A stretch of 64,000 nt of DNA from Mustelus asterias (GCF_964213995.1 NW_027590629.1:1-64000); one strand, 5' to 3'; shown: positions 37,982 to 51,419, counted from the first letter of the stretch. Notes: generated by a model not told the origin, from the letters alone. Made by a program: numbers and translations.

Positions 37982-38400
37982 TCGAGTCATAGAGTTTTAC
38001 AGCACAAAACGAGGCCCTTCAATCCATTGTGACTGCGCCGGCCAAGAAACACCAATCTCTTTTAATTCCATTATCCAGCACTTGCTCCATAGCCTTGGAT
38101 GCATTGGTGTTTCAGGGACTCATTTAAATGTTTCTTAAATGCTGTGAAGGTTCCTGTTCCTGTTCCTACCAGCCTGTTCCTGTTCCTGTTCCTGTTCCTA
38201 CCAGCTTGTTCCTGTTCCTACCAGTTCCTGTTCCTACCAGCCTTTCAGGCAGTGAGTTCCACATTCAAAACACCCTCTGGGTGAAAAAAAGGTTCTCCCC
38301 AAATGCCCTCTCACTCTACCATCCGTTAATTAAATCTATGTCATCTGGTTTTTGACCCTTCCACGAAGGGGAGATGTTTCTGAGTTATCTACCCGATCTA
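37982..38400 (-). mobile_element. Old CR1 3' end containing a (GTTCCT)n expansion (38150-38240)
   Basis: CR1 3'UTR/tail motifs; hexamer repeat. Confidence 0.65.
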
Positions 38401-38830
38401 GAAAGTGTATTTGATGCTGACTTTGAAAGGTTTCCATTTTTCATTTTGGGATTTGCCCAGTTTTTCAGTTCAGAGCAGAGGTTGTTCCAATCAATTTCTT
38501 GGTGAACATTTTGGTCTGAACTAGAAAGTTACTTTTAGTTTACAGCACAGAAAGAGGCCATTCGGCTGAACTGGTCTGTTCTGCTGCTAAACTTAAAATC
38601 ACGTCCCTCCTCCCTTCTTACTCCATCTAAGCGTTGTCTTCTAATTATTGTTACTTCATCTACTTTTCAATTCTCACATCGAATTTATTATCTACAGGCC
38701 CAGAGTGTTTACTATCTGGAACTACCAATCAGAGTAGACGATTAATACACCGAATAGCAAAGATTGACTTAACCACTTACACTGGAAATATACACAATGA
38801 CTGATCTATTGTTTCAATCTGGCCGCTCAC

Positions 38831-39130
38831 CTTCTTCCTTGTGGATCGATAGTCTTAAAGGAATCGGCTGATCCTCATTTCTCGCCACACATTCGAACAC
38901 GTCCCCACTCTGCCAGGCTTGTGTCGAGATGTTTAATTTGCTGACCACACTGCCTGAATGTTGGTCGACAATCTCTGATTTTAAATGCTTCTTTCCTTGG
39001 CTCCAGGACATGTTGAATCCAGCGTGAGCTTTAGAAATGACACATGTTAAGGTCACGGTCGCCTCCAGTAGGAATTGTTCCATGGGCGGAGGCAGGAGAG
39101 TGATCCTGGAATTGGTGCATGAGGGATAAT
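38831..39130 (-). CDS. IGHM: IgM CH3 exon
   Basis: 300 bp, phase 1/1; [41 protein letters not shown]. Confidence 0.95.
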
Positions 39131-39459
39131 CTGTGAAAAGAAATGAAAATCAAACCGAATTTCATCTTCAGAATCAAAACAGCAGTATTCAGCCTTCACT
39201 CGCTGATGTAGAAAAAATAAACTTCGGGATATCAACCTCGAGATGTCGTCTTTAATCGTCTATACTCAATGGAAAGCCAGGTTGGTCTGCGAAAACTATA
39301 CAGTAAAGTCGATGACTCCAGGTATTATTCTAATGAATGAGCATTGCAGCAGTCCCAGTGAAAATATAACATTCCTGATATCGGAAAGGCAATACTAAAC
39401 TCTGATTGATAAATAGGGTGGGTGCACTTTCGAGCACATTATCTTGAAGATGTTAACAT

Positions 39460-42400
39460 TAGAATATATGAACGAGGAGCAGCAGTCGGCCGTCTGGCCC
39501 CTCGAGCTTACTCCGCCATTCAATCAGATCAGGCTCATCTTTTCGTGCACTCAGATCCACTCACCCGCCCGCTCATCATAACCCTTAATTCATTTACTGT
39601 TCAAAAAGCTATCTATCTTTGCCTTTGATATATTCAGCAAAGTCGCCTCAACTGCTTAACTGGGCAGGGAATTCCATAGATTCACAACCCTTTGGATGAA
39701 GAAGTTCTTCCTCAACTCAACCCGATATCTGTCCCCCCCCCCCCCCCCCGCCCCCCCGCCTCCACCTTATTTTGAGGCTGTGCCCCCGAGTTCTAGTTTC
39801 ACCCACCAGTGGAAACCACCTCCCTGCTGCTTATCTTATCTACTCTCTTCATAATCTTACATGTTTCTAAAAGATCCCCCCTCATTCTTCTGAATTACAA
39901 TGAGTATAGTCCCAGTCTACACAGTTTCTCCTCAGAAGACAACACTCTCAATTCCGGAATCAACCCAGTGAATCCTCTTGGCACCCCCTGCAATGCCAGT
40001 TTATCCTTTCTCAAGTAAGGATACTAACGTTGTACACAATGCTATAGCTGTTGCCTCACTTTATAAAGCTGAACTTTATACAGCTGCACCATAACCTCCC
40101 TGTTTCTAAATTCCATCCCTCCAGCCATAAAGGACAAAATTCAATTTGCCTTCTTAATTACCTGCTGCACCTGTCAACCAATGTTTTGCGATTCATGCAC
40201 AAGGACACCCTGATCCGACTGCACAGCCAAATGCAGCAATTTTTAGCCCTTCAATAATAGTCAATTTTGCTGTTAGAACATAGAAGATAGAAAAGCTACA
40301 GCACAAACAGGCCCTTCGGTTCACAAGTTGCGCCAAACATGTCCCTACCTCTTCGGCTTACCTATAAACATCTATCTTACTAACTTCCATGAACTTATCC
40401 AAAAGTCTCTTAAAAGACCCTATCGAATCCACCTCCACCACCACTACCGGCAGCCGATTCCACGCACCCACCATCCTCTGAGTGAAAAACTTACCCCTAA
40501 CATCTCCTCTGTACCTACTCCCCAGCACCCAAAACCTGTGACCTCTTGTGGCAACCATTTCAGTCCTGGGTAAAAACCTCTGAGAATCCACTCTATCAAT
40601 ACCTCTCAACATCTTATACACCTCTATCAGGTCACCTCTCATCCTTCGCTTCTCCAAGGAGAAAAGACCTAGCTCTCTCAAACTATCCTCATAAGGCATG
40701 CCACCTAATCCGATAACATCCTTGTAAATCTCCTCTGCACGCTTTCTATGGCTTCCGCAACCTTCCTGTAATGAGGCGACCAGAACTGTACACAGTACTC
40801 CAGGTGGGGTCTGACCAGGGTCCTATATAGCTGCAGCATTATCTCCCGATTTCTAAACTCATTTCCTCTATTGATGAAGGCCAGTATTCCTTACGCATTT
40901 TTAACCAAAGCTTCTACCTGTGACGCTGCTTTGAGCGTCCTGTGAACCCGGAGCCCAAGATCCTTCTGATCTTCCACACTGCCAAGCATCTTACCCTTAA
41001 TATTATATTCTTTCATCCTATTTGACCTGCCAAAATGCACCACCACACACTGATCTGGGTTGAAGTCCATCTGCCACTTCTCTGCCCAGTCTTGCATTTT
41101 ATCGATGTCTCGTTGGAACTGCTGACATCCCTCTACACTATCCACAACACCACCAAAACTTTGCGTCATCAGTAAACTTGCCAACCCATCCTTCCACTTC
41201 CTCATCCAGGTCATTTATAAAAATCACAAAGAGCAAGGGTCCCAGAACAGATCCCTGGGGCACTCCACTGGTGACCGACCTCCATGCTGAAAAAGACCCA
41301 TCTACAACCACTCTTTGCCTTCTGTGGGCAAGCCAGTTCTGAATCTGCAAGGCAATGTCCCCTTGTATCCCATGCCCCTTCACTTTCTCAATAAGCCTTG
41401 AATGGGGCACCTTATCAAACGCCTTGCTGAAATCCACATAAACTACATCTACCTCTCTTCCCACGTCTATGTGTCTAGTTACATCTTCGAAAAATTCAAT
41501 TAGGCTCGTAAGGCATGATCTGCCTTGGACAAAGCCGTGCTGGCTATTTCTGATCATACTATTCCTCTCCAGATGTTCATAAATCCTGCCTCTCAGGATC
41601 TTCTCCATCAACTTACCAACCACTGAGGTTAGACTCACTGGTCTATAATTTCCTGGGCTATCTCTTCTCCCTTTCTAGAATAACGGAACCACATCCGCAA
41701 TCCTCCAATCCTCCGGAACCTCTCCCATCTCCATTGATGACGGAAAGATCATCGCCAGAGGCTCAGCAATCTCTTCCCTCACCTCCCACAGTAACCTGTG
41801 GTACATCCCATCCGGTCCTGGCGATCTATCTAACTTGATGCTTTACAAAAGCTCCAACACATCCTCTTTCCTAATATCCATGTGCTCAATCATCTCAGCC
41901 CACTGCAAGTCTGCACTGCGACTACCAAGATCCTTTTCCACTGTGAATGCTGAAGTAAAGTATTCATTGAGTACCTCTGCTATTTCTATCGGTTCTGTAC
42001 AGACTTTCCCACCATCACATTTGATAGGTCCTACTCCTCCACATCTTATCTTCTTGCTCTTAACATACTTATAGAATGCCTTGGGGTTTTCCTTTATCCT
42101 GTCTGCCAAGGCCTTCTCATGACCCCTTTTGGCTCTTCTAATTTCCCTCTTATGTTCCTTCCTACTGGTTGTATACTCTTCTATATTTCTAACATTACCC
42201 AGCTCCCTGAACCTTTTGTAGGCTTTTCTTTTCTTCTTGACTAAATTCGTTACAGCTTTCGTGCACCATGGTTCCTGTAACCTACCATAACTCCCCTGTC
42301 TCATTGGAACGTTGCTGTGCAGAGTTCCAGACACATTTTCCTTGGAAATTTGCCACATTTCTTCTGTACATTTCCCTGAGAAAACCTCCTTCCAATTTAT

Positions 42401-42840
42401 GCCTCTAATTTCCTGCCTAATAGCCTCATAATTGCCCTTACTCCAAATAAACACTTTCCTAGCTTGACCGATCCTAGCTCTCTCCAATGCTAATGTAAAG
42501 GAGATAGATTTATGATCACTATCCCCAAAATGCTCTCCCACTGAGAGATCTGACACCTGCCCAGGTTCATTCCCTAATACCAAATCAAGTACAGCCTCTC
42601 CTTTTGTAGGCTTATCCACATACTGTGTCAGGAAGTTTATTCCTACCAACATTGTACTCCATCTGCCAGACCCTTGCCCACTCACTGAAACTATCTATAT
42701 CCCTTTGCAGACTTTCAGTGTCCTCTGCACACTTTGCTCCACCACTCATCTTAATGTCATCTGCGAACTTGTGCACACCACACTTGGTCCCCAACTCCAA
42801 ATCATCTTTGTGAATTGTAAACCATTGCGGTCCCAACACT
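39460..42840 (-). mobile_element. Older CR1 host (39460-40273 and 42636-42840) carrying a nested CR1 (40274-42635) of the same family as 12738-14952
   Basis: Two 3' tails; host RT resumes after 42636 (GPQWFTI..KFADD); nested copy is frameshifted. Confidence 0.85.
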
Positions 42841-43147
42841 GGTCAGTGAGGCAAGCCACAATCACTCCCAGACACCTTTCGTCTCCCCAAATACTATCAG
42901 CACATAATAACGCTGATATCGAGTCCACCTCACTCACTATATGACATCAAAGTAGAGGGAAAAATTACCTGCGGTTCTAATAAAATCCTGAATGCTGAGC
43001 GATTCTAATGCCGCTCTTACACAGAAGGAAACATATGGCAGCAAATTAAAAGTTGTCCGTTGCTATGTACTAACTTCAATAATTCTTGATTTTGATTAAA
43101 ATCAGAGCATACAATGACCAATTCCTCCCTCGGTTTGCATCTCTTAC

Positions 43148-43462
43148 CCAGAGATCCGCTGATGTTCTGACTCTGTGTAAGCCCTTGATGAGTGACCTGG
43201 CAGGTATAGATCGCTTTGCTAAACCATTCCCCAGTGGAGATTGTCAGCCGACTGCTCGCCGAGAAGTTCCTGTTCACTTCCCAGACGGGGGAGGTGACAA
43301 TTCCTGAATCCATGGGTTGTCCATTCTTCAGCCACTTCACCGTCATTGACTTTGGCTGGAAATCGATGATTGAACAGACGATGGTTGCAAATTTGCTGCT
43401 TGTGATTTCTTCACTGGAACTCACGGTAAGGATAACGGTTGGAGGTATGTCATCTTTAGAAC
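43148..43462 (-). CDS. IGHM: IgM CH2 exon
   Basis: 315 bp, phase 1/1; [49 protein letters not shown]. Confidence 0.95.
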
Positions 43463-43670
43463 CTTCAGAAAACACATATTAGTCATTTCCTGCAGAAGAT
43501 GTTGATCAATCAAACTTCTGTTTACATTAGTAACTCACTTGCAGTCAATAGACACTAACCGGGACAATCCGGGGTCCGGATTATGTACATTTCTTTAAAT
43601 GTGTTATAACCAAGACCCTACACAGGTTAACCGCAGCGTTTCTATTTTACACAAGCTGCACAACACTTAC

Positions 43671-43970
43671 ATGGCATTTCAATCCTCTTGACTGAGCCGC
43701 TGTGTCGAACCTCACAGTTGATTTTGCTGCATTCTCCCTCTGGCTCGGTGATGGTTAACTGGCTGCTCAGGGTATAGGTTTCCTTCGTGTTTCTCACTGA
43801 TGGGTAAGTCTTAAACCCAGTGGTGATCGGCTGCCCATTTTTCTTCCAGGTTAGACTGGTGATTTCTGCGGAGTAGTCCATTGCCAAACAGCCGTAGGTG
43901 ACAGAGCCGTTCGTGTTGTGTTGCTGACAGGAGGAGACCAGGCTGTATAGAATGGGTGGAGATGGTGTCG
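43671..43970 (-). CDS. IGHM: IgM CH1 exon
   Basis: 300 bp, phase 1/1; [48 protein letters not shown]. Confidence 0.95.
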
Positions 43971-44689
43971 CTGAGAAAGAATAGCCGATTGAACAAATTA
44001 GACTCCGTTATTTATGTTCGTTAAGCCATCAGACATTTAAACTTTTGACCAGAATTATGAATCTATCCTAATATTTCCCAATAAACCAGACACCACATTT
44101 GAGATTCGATTAGTTCTCTGATTTAGGAACCATCGTCTGTCTGTTCCCTTGTAGAAACTTAAATCTCTTTCTCCGTCTCTTTCACACTGGAGAAAAAACA
44201 CTTTGATGTTATTTGAATGACATAAATTGCATTGGATCAAAAGAGAAAAGCAGATGATTTTCTCTATTCTTTCAGCCACCATTTATTTCTCAATCAACAG
44301 CACCTTGTGATGAGGAAGTTGTCTCTTCATTCATTTCTTAGCAGTTTTGGGAATTGCCGGTGTTCAAACTGACTGATGCCCTCAACTCTCTCCACCTCAT
44401 TACCAGCAAACATCCCAACCCCCCGCCTCCTACTAACCTCCAAACCCCCCAAACAAAGAACAATGACTTTCCTTCAAAAGTACCGTTAGGATGAATACTA
44501 ATGTAATCACCATAAATCTCTCAAATGAGTGCCAATTCAAGTGCTTGAAACATTCTCTAATCTTCGGATCATGCATTAATAGCAGGAGTAGACCATTCGG
44601 TCCCTCGAGCCTCCTCCTCCATTCAGTGACATCATGGCTGAACTGATTGTGGTGTTAACTCCATATTCCAACCCCTCCCCTCAGCCCAA

Positions 44690-45600
44690 TGACCAGCTGT
44701 CGACTCTTCCCGACTCTCTGTTCGATCCTTCAGCTTCCTGCACTGTCCACCGGCTTTCAACGCTTTCCTCCATCTCTCTATGCTCTTTCATGTCTCTCTG
44801 CACGTTCTTGCCCCCTCTACGCTTTCCCCCAGCTCTCTGTCCTTTCTTCCGATTCTCTGCCCTTTCCTCCGGCCTTTTGCACTTGGCCCCGTCTCTCTAT
44901 GCTCTCTCTCTACCCTTTTATCCCGGCTCTCTGCAATTTCCGTCCATCCCCTCTCTGTGCTTTTATGTTTTCCCCCATCCCTCTGCACCTTCGCCCAACT
45001 CAGTGTCCTTTCCTCCTGTTCCTCGCCCTTTTCCAACGCTCTGTGCTCCCCGCCCCTCCCCCCCGACTATCTGTACTTTCGCACGGCTCTCCGCACTTAC
45101 CTCCGTCTCTCTGTCATTGCTCCCAGCTGTCTGTCCTTCCAACCAACTCTATGCCCATTCTTCTGGACCGCTGCCCTTCCCTCAGTCTATATGCCTTTCC
45201 AAGCTGTTCGTTGCCCTGTCCCCCGGCTCTCTGCCCTTTGCCCCGGCTCTCTACTTTTTCTCCCGACAGTCTACCCTTCCGCCCGACTCTGTGCCCTTTT
45301 CCCCGTCTCCCTGTCCTTTCCTCCTGCTCTTTCTCCCGGCTCTCTGTCCTTTCCCTCGGCTCTCTGCCCTTTCACCTGGCTTTCCGTTCTTTACCCGGCT
45401 CCCTGCCCTTTTCCCCATCTCCCTGTCCTTTCCCCAGCTCCCTGCCCTTTCCCCCGACTCTCTACTCTTTTCCCCATCTCCCTGCCCTTCCCTATTGCTT
45501 TCTGCACTTTCCCCCATCTCTCTGTTCTTTTCCCGGCTCTCTGCATTTTCAAGTAGCTCCTTGCCATTTTCCATGGCCCAGAGCCCTTACAGCTCTCTCC
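44690..45600 (-). repeat. Diverged ~18-19-bp tandem repeat, purine-rich on the IgM sense strand
   Basis: Plus-strand unit ~CCCGGCTCTCTGCCCTTT, i.e. AAAGGGCAGAGAGCCGGG on the minus strand. Confidence 0.8.
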
Positions 45601-45659
45601 ACTCCATTGGCATGCTCCTGAAGTTGGGCATCCCTCCGTCTTCAGACCTCGCTTCAGGA

Positions 45660-46465
45660 TGAGAGAGAGTGAGTGAATGTGTATGAGTCTGCGTGAGTGA
45701 GTTAGGTTGAATGAGTTAGGGCGAGTAAGTTAGGGGGAGCGAGGATGGGTTGATGAGGGTGGGTGTGAGTGTGAGTGAGTGTGAGTGAGTGAGGTTGAGT
45801 AAAGGTGGATGAGTGAAGGTGAGTGAGTGAGTGAGGGTAGCTGAGGGAGTGAAGATAATTGAGTGAGGCTAATTGAATGATGCTAAGCCAGTGAGTGCGT
45901 GGGAGTGGGTGAGTCAGGGTGAATGAGTGAGGGTGAGAGACAGTTAGTGAGGGTGAGTGAAGCTGAGTGAGTGAGGGTGATTGAGGATGAGTGCATGTGA
46001 GTGAGTGTCAGCTAGCATGAGTGAGGTTGGGTAAGTGAGTGAGGGTGAATGATTGAAGTTTTATGAGTGAGTGGGGGTGAGTGGGGTGTGTGAGTGAGTG
46101 AGTGTGAATTAGGCTGTGTGGATAAGGTTGACTGAGGGTGTGTGAGTGAGTGAGGATATGAGGGTCAATGATAGTGAAAATGAGTGAGTGTGAGCGAGGG
46201 TGAGTGAGGATGAGTGATTGCGAGTGAGAATAATTGAGGTTGGGTGAGTGGGGGTTAGTTTGCACGAAAGAATGAGTGAGCGTAAGTGAGTGAGGGTGTG
46301 AGCAAGCGAGGGTAGGTGAGTGCGGGTGAGTGTGTGAGGGTGGGTGCCGGTGAGTGGGTGATGGTGAGTGAGTAGGAATTAATGAGGGTAAGTGAGTGAG
46401 TCAGTCAGTGAGAGTGAATTGATTCAGTGAGAGTCAATAAGTAGGATGGGTCAGTAAAAGTGGGT
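45660..46465. repeat. (GTGA)n-rich degenerate repeat
   Basis: GAGTGAGTGAGG motifs throughout. Confidence 0.85.
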
Positions 46466-47151
46466 CAGTGATCATTCACAATTACTCTGATCCCATTATC
46501 AGAATGATTCTCCAGATGATTTTGCCCTCAGTCTCAACTTTCCGTTGCCTGTTGTCCATAGCCGAGCTGGGGACTGCTCCATTCGGCCCCAGCACCTCCA
46601 CCTCCTCCTCTTCCTCTCCATCGATCTTGTCCCGATTCTCCACATTGATCAGCTTTCAGTAACAGGGCTGTGTGAAGTCAGGCAGCAGTGTAAATCACTG
46701 GGCAGCTGCTTTAATGTCGCTGCCTTTCTTTAAGAAACCCATGTCAGTGAACAAATAGACAGGCTGAGGGAGCTGGAAGGGAAGTTTACAGCAAAACCAG
46801 GATGGGCCACACAGAAATGAAACACCAAGTTTACACCAATATTGGGCACCCAGTCGGCGTTAGTCTCAGCCAAGTCCCTCCCTATTGTCCAGTGTAACAC
46901 ATGAAAATCCCTACTTCCGACGTCATGTTGGATGGAATGTCATTGATGAAGCAGTAGAAGCTTGTTTGTCCCAGAACAGTCCTCTGCCGAACTCCTGCAG
47001 TGAAATCTGAACTGAAATGTTTGACCTCCAACAACCATTACCATCTTGCTTTGTGCTAAATATGAGTCCAAACAGAGAAGAGTTTCCCCCTGATTCTTAT
47101 TCACTTGAGTTTTACTTGGGCTCCTCGATCCCGCACTCGTTCAAGTGCCAC

Positions 47152-47490
47152 GGGGGTGGCGCGGTTGCACAATGGTTATCGCTGCTGCCTCAAAACGGCA
47201 GGGACATGGGTTCGATTCCCGACTTGGGTCACTGTCTGTGTGGAGTTTGCAACTCCACCCCGTGTCTGCGCGGATTTCCTCCGGGTGCTCCGGTTTCCTC
47301 TCACAGTCCAAAGATGTGAGGGTTATGAAGATTGGCCATGCTAAATTGCCCTGTAGTATCAGGGGGACTAGCTGGGGTAAATGCATGGGGTTATGGGGAT
47401 ATGGCTTTGGTGGGATTGCTGTTGGTGCAGACTCGATAGGCTGAATGGCCTCCTTCTGCACTGTAGGATTCTATGACTCTATCCTATGAT
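47152..47490 (+). mobile_element. SINE family 1, full length
   Basis: A/B boxes, conserved body, ATTCTATG tail. Confidence 0.85.
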
Positions 47491-47524
47491 GTCAAGGGCA
47501 GTCACTCTGACGTATGTCCGATGG

Positions 47525-48777
47525 AAAGTGTGTGAGAGAGTTTTTGGGTGTATATCTGACGGTGTGTGTTTGTGTGCGAGAGAGAGGGTGAATGTGTGTG
47601 TGAGGGTGCCTGTGTGTGATAGAGTCTGTTTGCACATATGTTAGACAGTGGTCTGTGTGTGCAAGAGGAGAGTGTGTGCGTGAGAGAAACAGCGTGTGAG
47701 ATCGAGAATGTGTGTGTGAGAGAGAATGTGTGTTTGAAGGGTTATATTTTATGTGTGTGAGCGTGTGGCTGTTCTTGAAAGTGTGTGTGTGTGTGTGGAC
47801 TGGTGGGGAGAGTGTGTGTGGGGAGTTTGTGTGAGACACTGCGTCTGTGTGTGATAGAGTGTGTGTTCATGTGGAAGGGAGTGTGTCTGTATGAGATACA
47901 GGGTGTCGGTGAAAGAGATTGTGTGTGTGAGAGGGAGGGTATGTGTGTGGTCTGGAGTGTTGTGTTCATGTGAAAGGGAGTGTGTGAGAGGGAGTGCCTG
48001 TTGGAAAGCAAAATAATATGCTAATGAGTGTGTGAGAGTCTGCATGGGATTGTGTGTGAGTGAGAAACATTTGTGCAATGTGTGTGGGAGATAGGAGCAA
48101 TGTGTGTGTGTGCATGTGTGTGTGTGTGTGAGAGAGAGAGAGGCTTTGTGTGTGGTTTGTGCGTGTGAGAGTGTGTGAAACAAATGCGTGCCTTTGCACG
48201 TGTGAGAGAGTGGTCTGTGTGTGCAAGAGGAGAGAGTGTGGGTGAGAGAAAGAGTGTGTGAGATAGAGAATGTGTGCGCGTGAGAGAGAATGTGCGTTTG
48301 AAGAGTTATTCTTTATGTGTGTGAGAGTGTGTCTCTGTTCTTGAAAGTGTGTATGATCATGTGTAGAGGGGCGGGGAGAGTGTGTGTGAGCGAGAAAAAG
48401 CTTGCAAATTAGACAGAGTGGATGCGTGAGTGTGTGTGTGTGAGATAACTGTTGAGAGAACGTGTGCCTGTGATAGATGGAGTGTTTAAGATAGATACAT
48501 TTTGTATACTTGTGAGAGACGGAGAGACTGTGTGCGAGATTGTGTGCGTGTATGAGAGAGAGTGCTTGTGAAGGATAGTGTTTGAGAGCAAGAATGTGCA
48601 TGTGTGAGATAATGTGTAAGGGAGTGAGAGTGTTAAAGAGAGAGAAATATGTGCCTGTGTGAGAGCGAATGCGTGTGCAAGTGTTCGTATGAGAGAGATA
48701 GAGAGAGAGAGAGCATGTGAATGAGTGTGAGACAGAGTGAGAATGCATGGAAGAGGAAATGTGAGCGAGATAGTGCA

Positions 48778-48810
<33 letters not shown>

Positions 48811-50320
48811 ATATGCGCACGAGAGTGTGAGATTGTGCTTATGTGAGAGACTGAGTGATGGGGGGTGGGGTAATGTAGAATTCTTAGAATGAGGCCCTTC
48901 ATTTTAGTTTTACCATAATAAATAGACTAGGTTAAGGTGCCTTATATATAGTGAGAATTCACAATGTGCCTGAAACAATATAAGCAAAGGTATTATAAAT
49001 TGCAAAGGTATTATAAACTGTATAACCACTAATTAATCAAGTATTATAAGCTTAAACTGTATTTTCAATATATATGTATTGTGCGCCTTGGCCAACTTCG
49101 TTCTGAATGCAGCATGATGGGAAACAGTGGTAGGCAGACCAACTTCCTTTAACAGAATGAAGAAAAGCAGCTTCTGTTATCTGTTTTTGGATATGCGAAA
49201 ACAAGCTTAATCGTAGGCCTGCTATTTAAGGAAATAAATTTGTTCATGGGTAGCGAGGCTGGAGCAGTCTCTCATGCTGATAAAGGAGGCCAAGGTTCTA
49301 GCAAAAGTGTGACTCCTTTCACCAATTAAAAATCACAGATGTTAGTTATGGCCTTGGTTACTGGTGATGATGTGGGTTGGGTTTCCTAGGTAAAGGGGAA
49401 GGAACCTACATGGGCAATAAGCTGATAAGCTCCAATTCCTGTTGATAGGTGGAACATTATTGGCGAAGGTAATAATGTTGAATATTGTGATTTGGCCCTC
49501 CTGTCTGATGATGAGACTAGGCAGGGCATTGAGATGTTCAGAATAATATAATAATTTTACCTTGCAATATTAGGTCAAAAATGACAGTCAATTCTCATTG
49601 ACTGTGTCTCTCCCCTGAAGCATGCATTAGCAAATAAATTTCTTTTCGTTCTTTAACTAGAGACTGTCATTCGCACTCTATGTATTGGTTGAGTGAGGTT
49701 CAACAACTACAGAGCACCCCAGGGGAATCACCTTCAGAAAATTCCTCTTACACACTGTCTGTGTGTAAGAGTGTGTGTTAGAGTGTGTACATGTGTGTGT
49801 GTGTGTGTGAGAGGGTTTGTGAGAGAGCCAGTGTGTGAGAGCAAGAATGTACATGTGTGAGATAGTGTGTGAAAGAGAGAAATAATTATGTGTGTGTATG
49901 AGAGAGAGAGAGAGAGAGAGATGCAAGAGGAATTGTGAGAGTGCATGTGTGAATAAATATGAGACAGCTTGAGCGTGTGACAGAGTATGTGTGACAGAGT
50001 GCATGTGAGTGTGCTGGAAAGAGAGTGTGAGACTGCTTATGTGAGAGTGTGTGTCTGTGTGTAAGAGAGAATGTGTGGGTGTGTGAGTGCTTCCGTGAAT
50101 GGGGGTGTGAGAGATTGATTGAGAGAGCAAGAGTATCTATATATTCGTGTGTGAGAGACGGTATGTGTAATGGGTGTGAGAGAGAGAATGTGTGTGGGTG
50201 TGTGAGAGAGATCGTGTGAGAGAGATAGTAAGTGTGAGTATGTATGTGTGTTTGCATATGTGAGAGAATATGAGAGTGTGCATGTGTGTATTTATGTGTG
50301 TGAGAGTGTGTGATATGTGT
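47525..50320. repeat. TG/AG-rich simple repeat tract, split by the LTR-like insert
   Basis: Low complexity with internal block duplication (~47640-47830 vs ~48205-48390). Confidence 0.8.
48874..49752 (+). mobile_element. LTR-like sequence (~880 bp)
   Basis: TGTA...TACA ends, preceded by a purine/G tract (PPT-like), AATAAA at 49633; homologous to 17930-18625. Confidence 0.6.
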
Positions 50321-50599
50321 ACGTCTCTATCTGGCTGAATCGGTCTCAAAAGTCAGCCTTACCCTCACATTCCACTCTCAGCCTCAATCACTCTCGCAGT
50401 AAGTGGGAGTGACAAGTGAACACAATACGGACCACGGGCCAAGGGTTGGAAAAACATTTAAATCTTTCACAAGTCAATTCTAATTGAATAATTTCCAATT
50501 GCCTCAAAGAGCGAAACTTGTAAAAACTCTAGAAATTTGAAATAATCCACGACAAAGCGACGCACAAGATTACCCGCCCCATCATTCATTCCTTTCACT

Positions 50600-50930
50600 C
50601 TCCCCTTCACTAACAAGCAGTGACAATAGTGTGCATTATATGCAAGATGCACTGCAACAACTCACCAAGACGCCACAGAAAACACTGTCCAAACCCGCTG
50701 CCTTTACATCCTAGCAGGACAAGGGCAGCAGCCAGCCACATATAAACACGACCACCTGCAAGCTCCCCTCCAAGGCACACGCCATCCTGACTTGAAACAA
50801 TATCTCAGTTCCGTCACAGTTGTTGGATCAAAATCCTGGAACTTTCTGCCTAACAACACGGCGGATGTCTGCAGGGCATGGACTGCAGTTTTTCATGTCA
50901 ACACTTTCTCAAGGAGCAATTAGGGGAAAT
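50600..50930 (+). mobile_element. Old LINE 3' fragment
   Basis: Degenerate ACCACCTGCAAG.TCCCCTCCAAG and AAAATCCTGGAAC motifs typical of shark LINE ends. Confidence 0.5.
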
Positions 50931-51419
50931 TAAAAATTCTTGCCGAGCAAATGGCTCTAAAATGCTTTCAGAAGATTAAAACTAAGATGCAAACGAATTG
51001 AACCCTCCAACTGTCATACTAAGCAGGTCAGGGGCTGTTATAGTACGGAGTACAATATAGTAAATCTCCCTTTCCATTTGCTCATCGAACATCCCAAGGC
51101 CGGTACATCACTGGTTAAAAGTCAACCAAATCTCTTTCTACAGTCTGTCTGAAGTTTCTGCTGTTTCTGGCGGTCACATTGTGCTTTAGGGATCTCATTT
51201 CTGAGACGCCGAGTCAAACATTAAATCAGCTTGTCACATTTCTCACAGGTACAAGTTTATTGAAAAAATAAATCAAATTTCACTCCCTGAAATACAGGAG
51301 AAGGAACCAGAAGATTTACAACCAGTCAGGCAGATCCCTGGTCTCAAACACGGTGACCACGCGCACAGAAACAGAACAGACACAAATGGTGCAACAATCG
51401 AGTGCACAGCAGATAGATC

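Noticed and set aside
44634-45662. Three long overlapping ORFs (342, 310 and 258 aa)
   Set aside because: Artefact of a C/T-rich repeat that lacks stop codons; low-complexity P/L/S/F translation.
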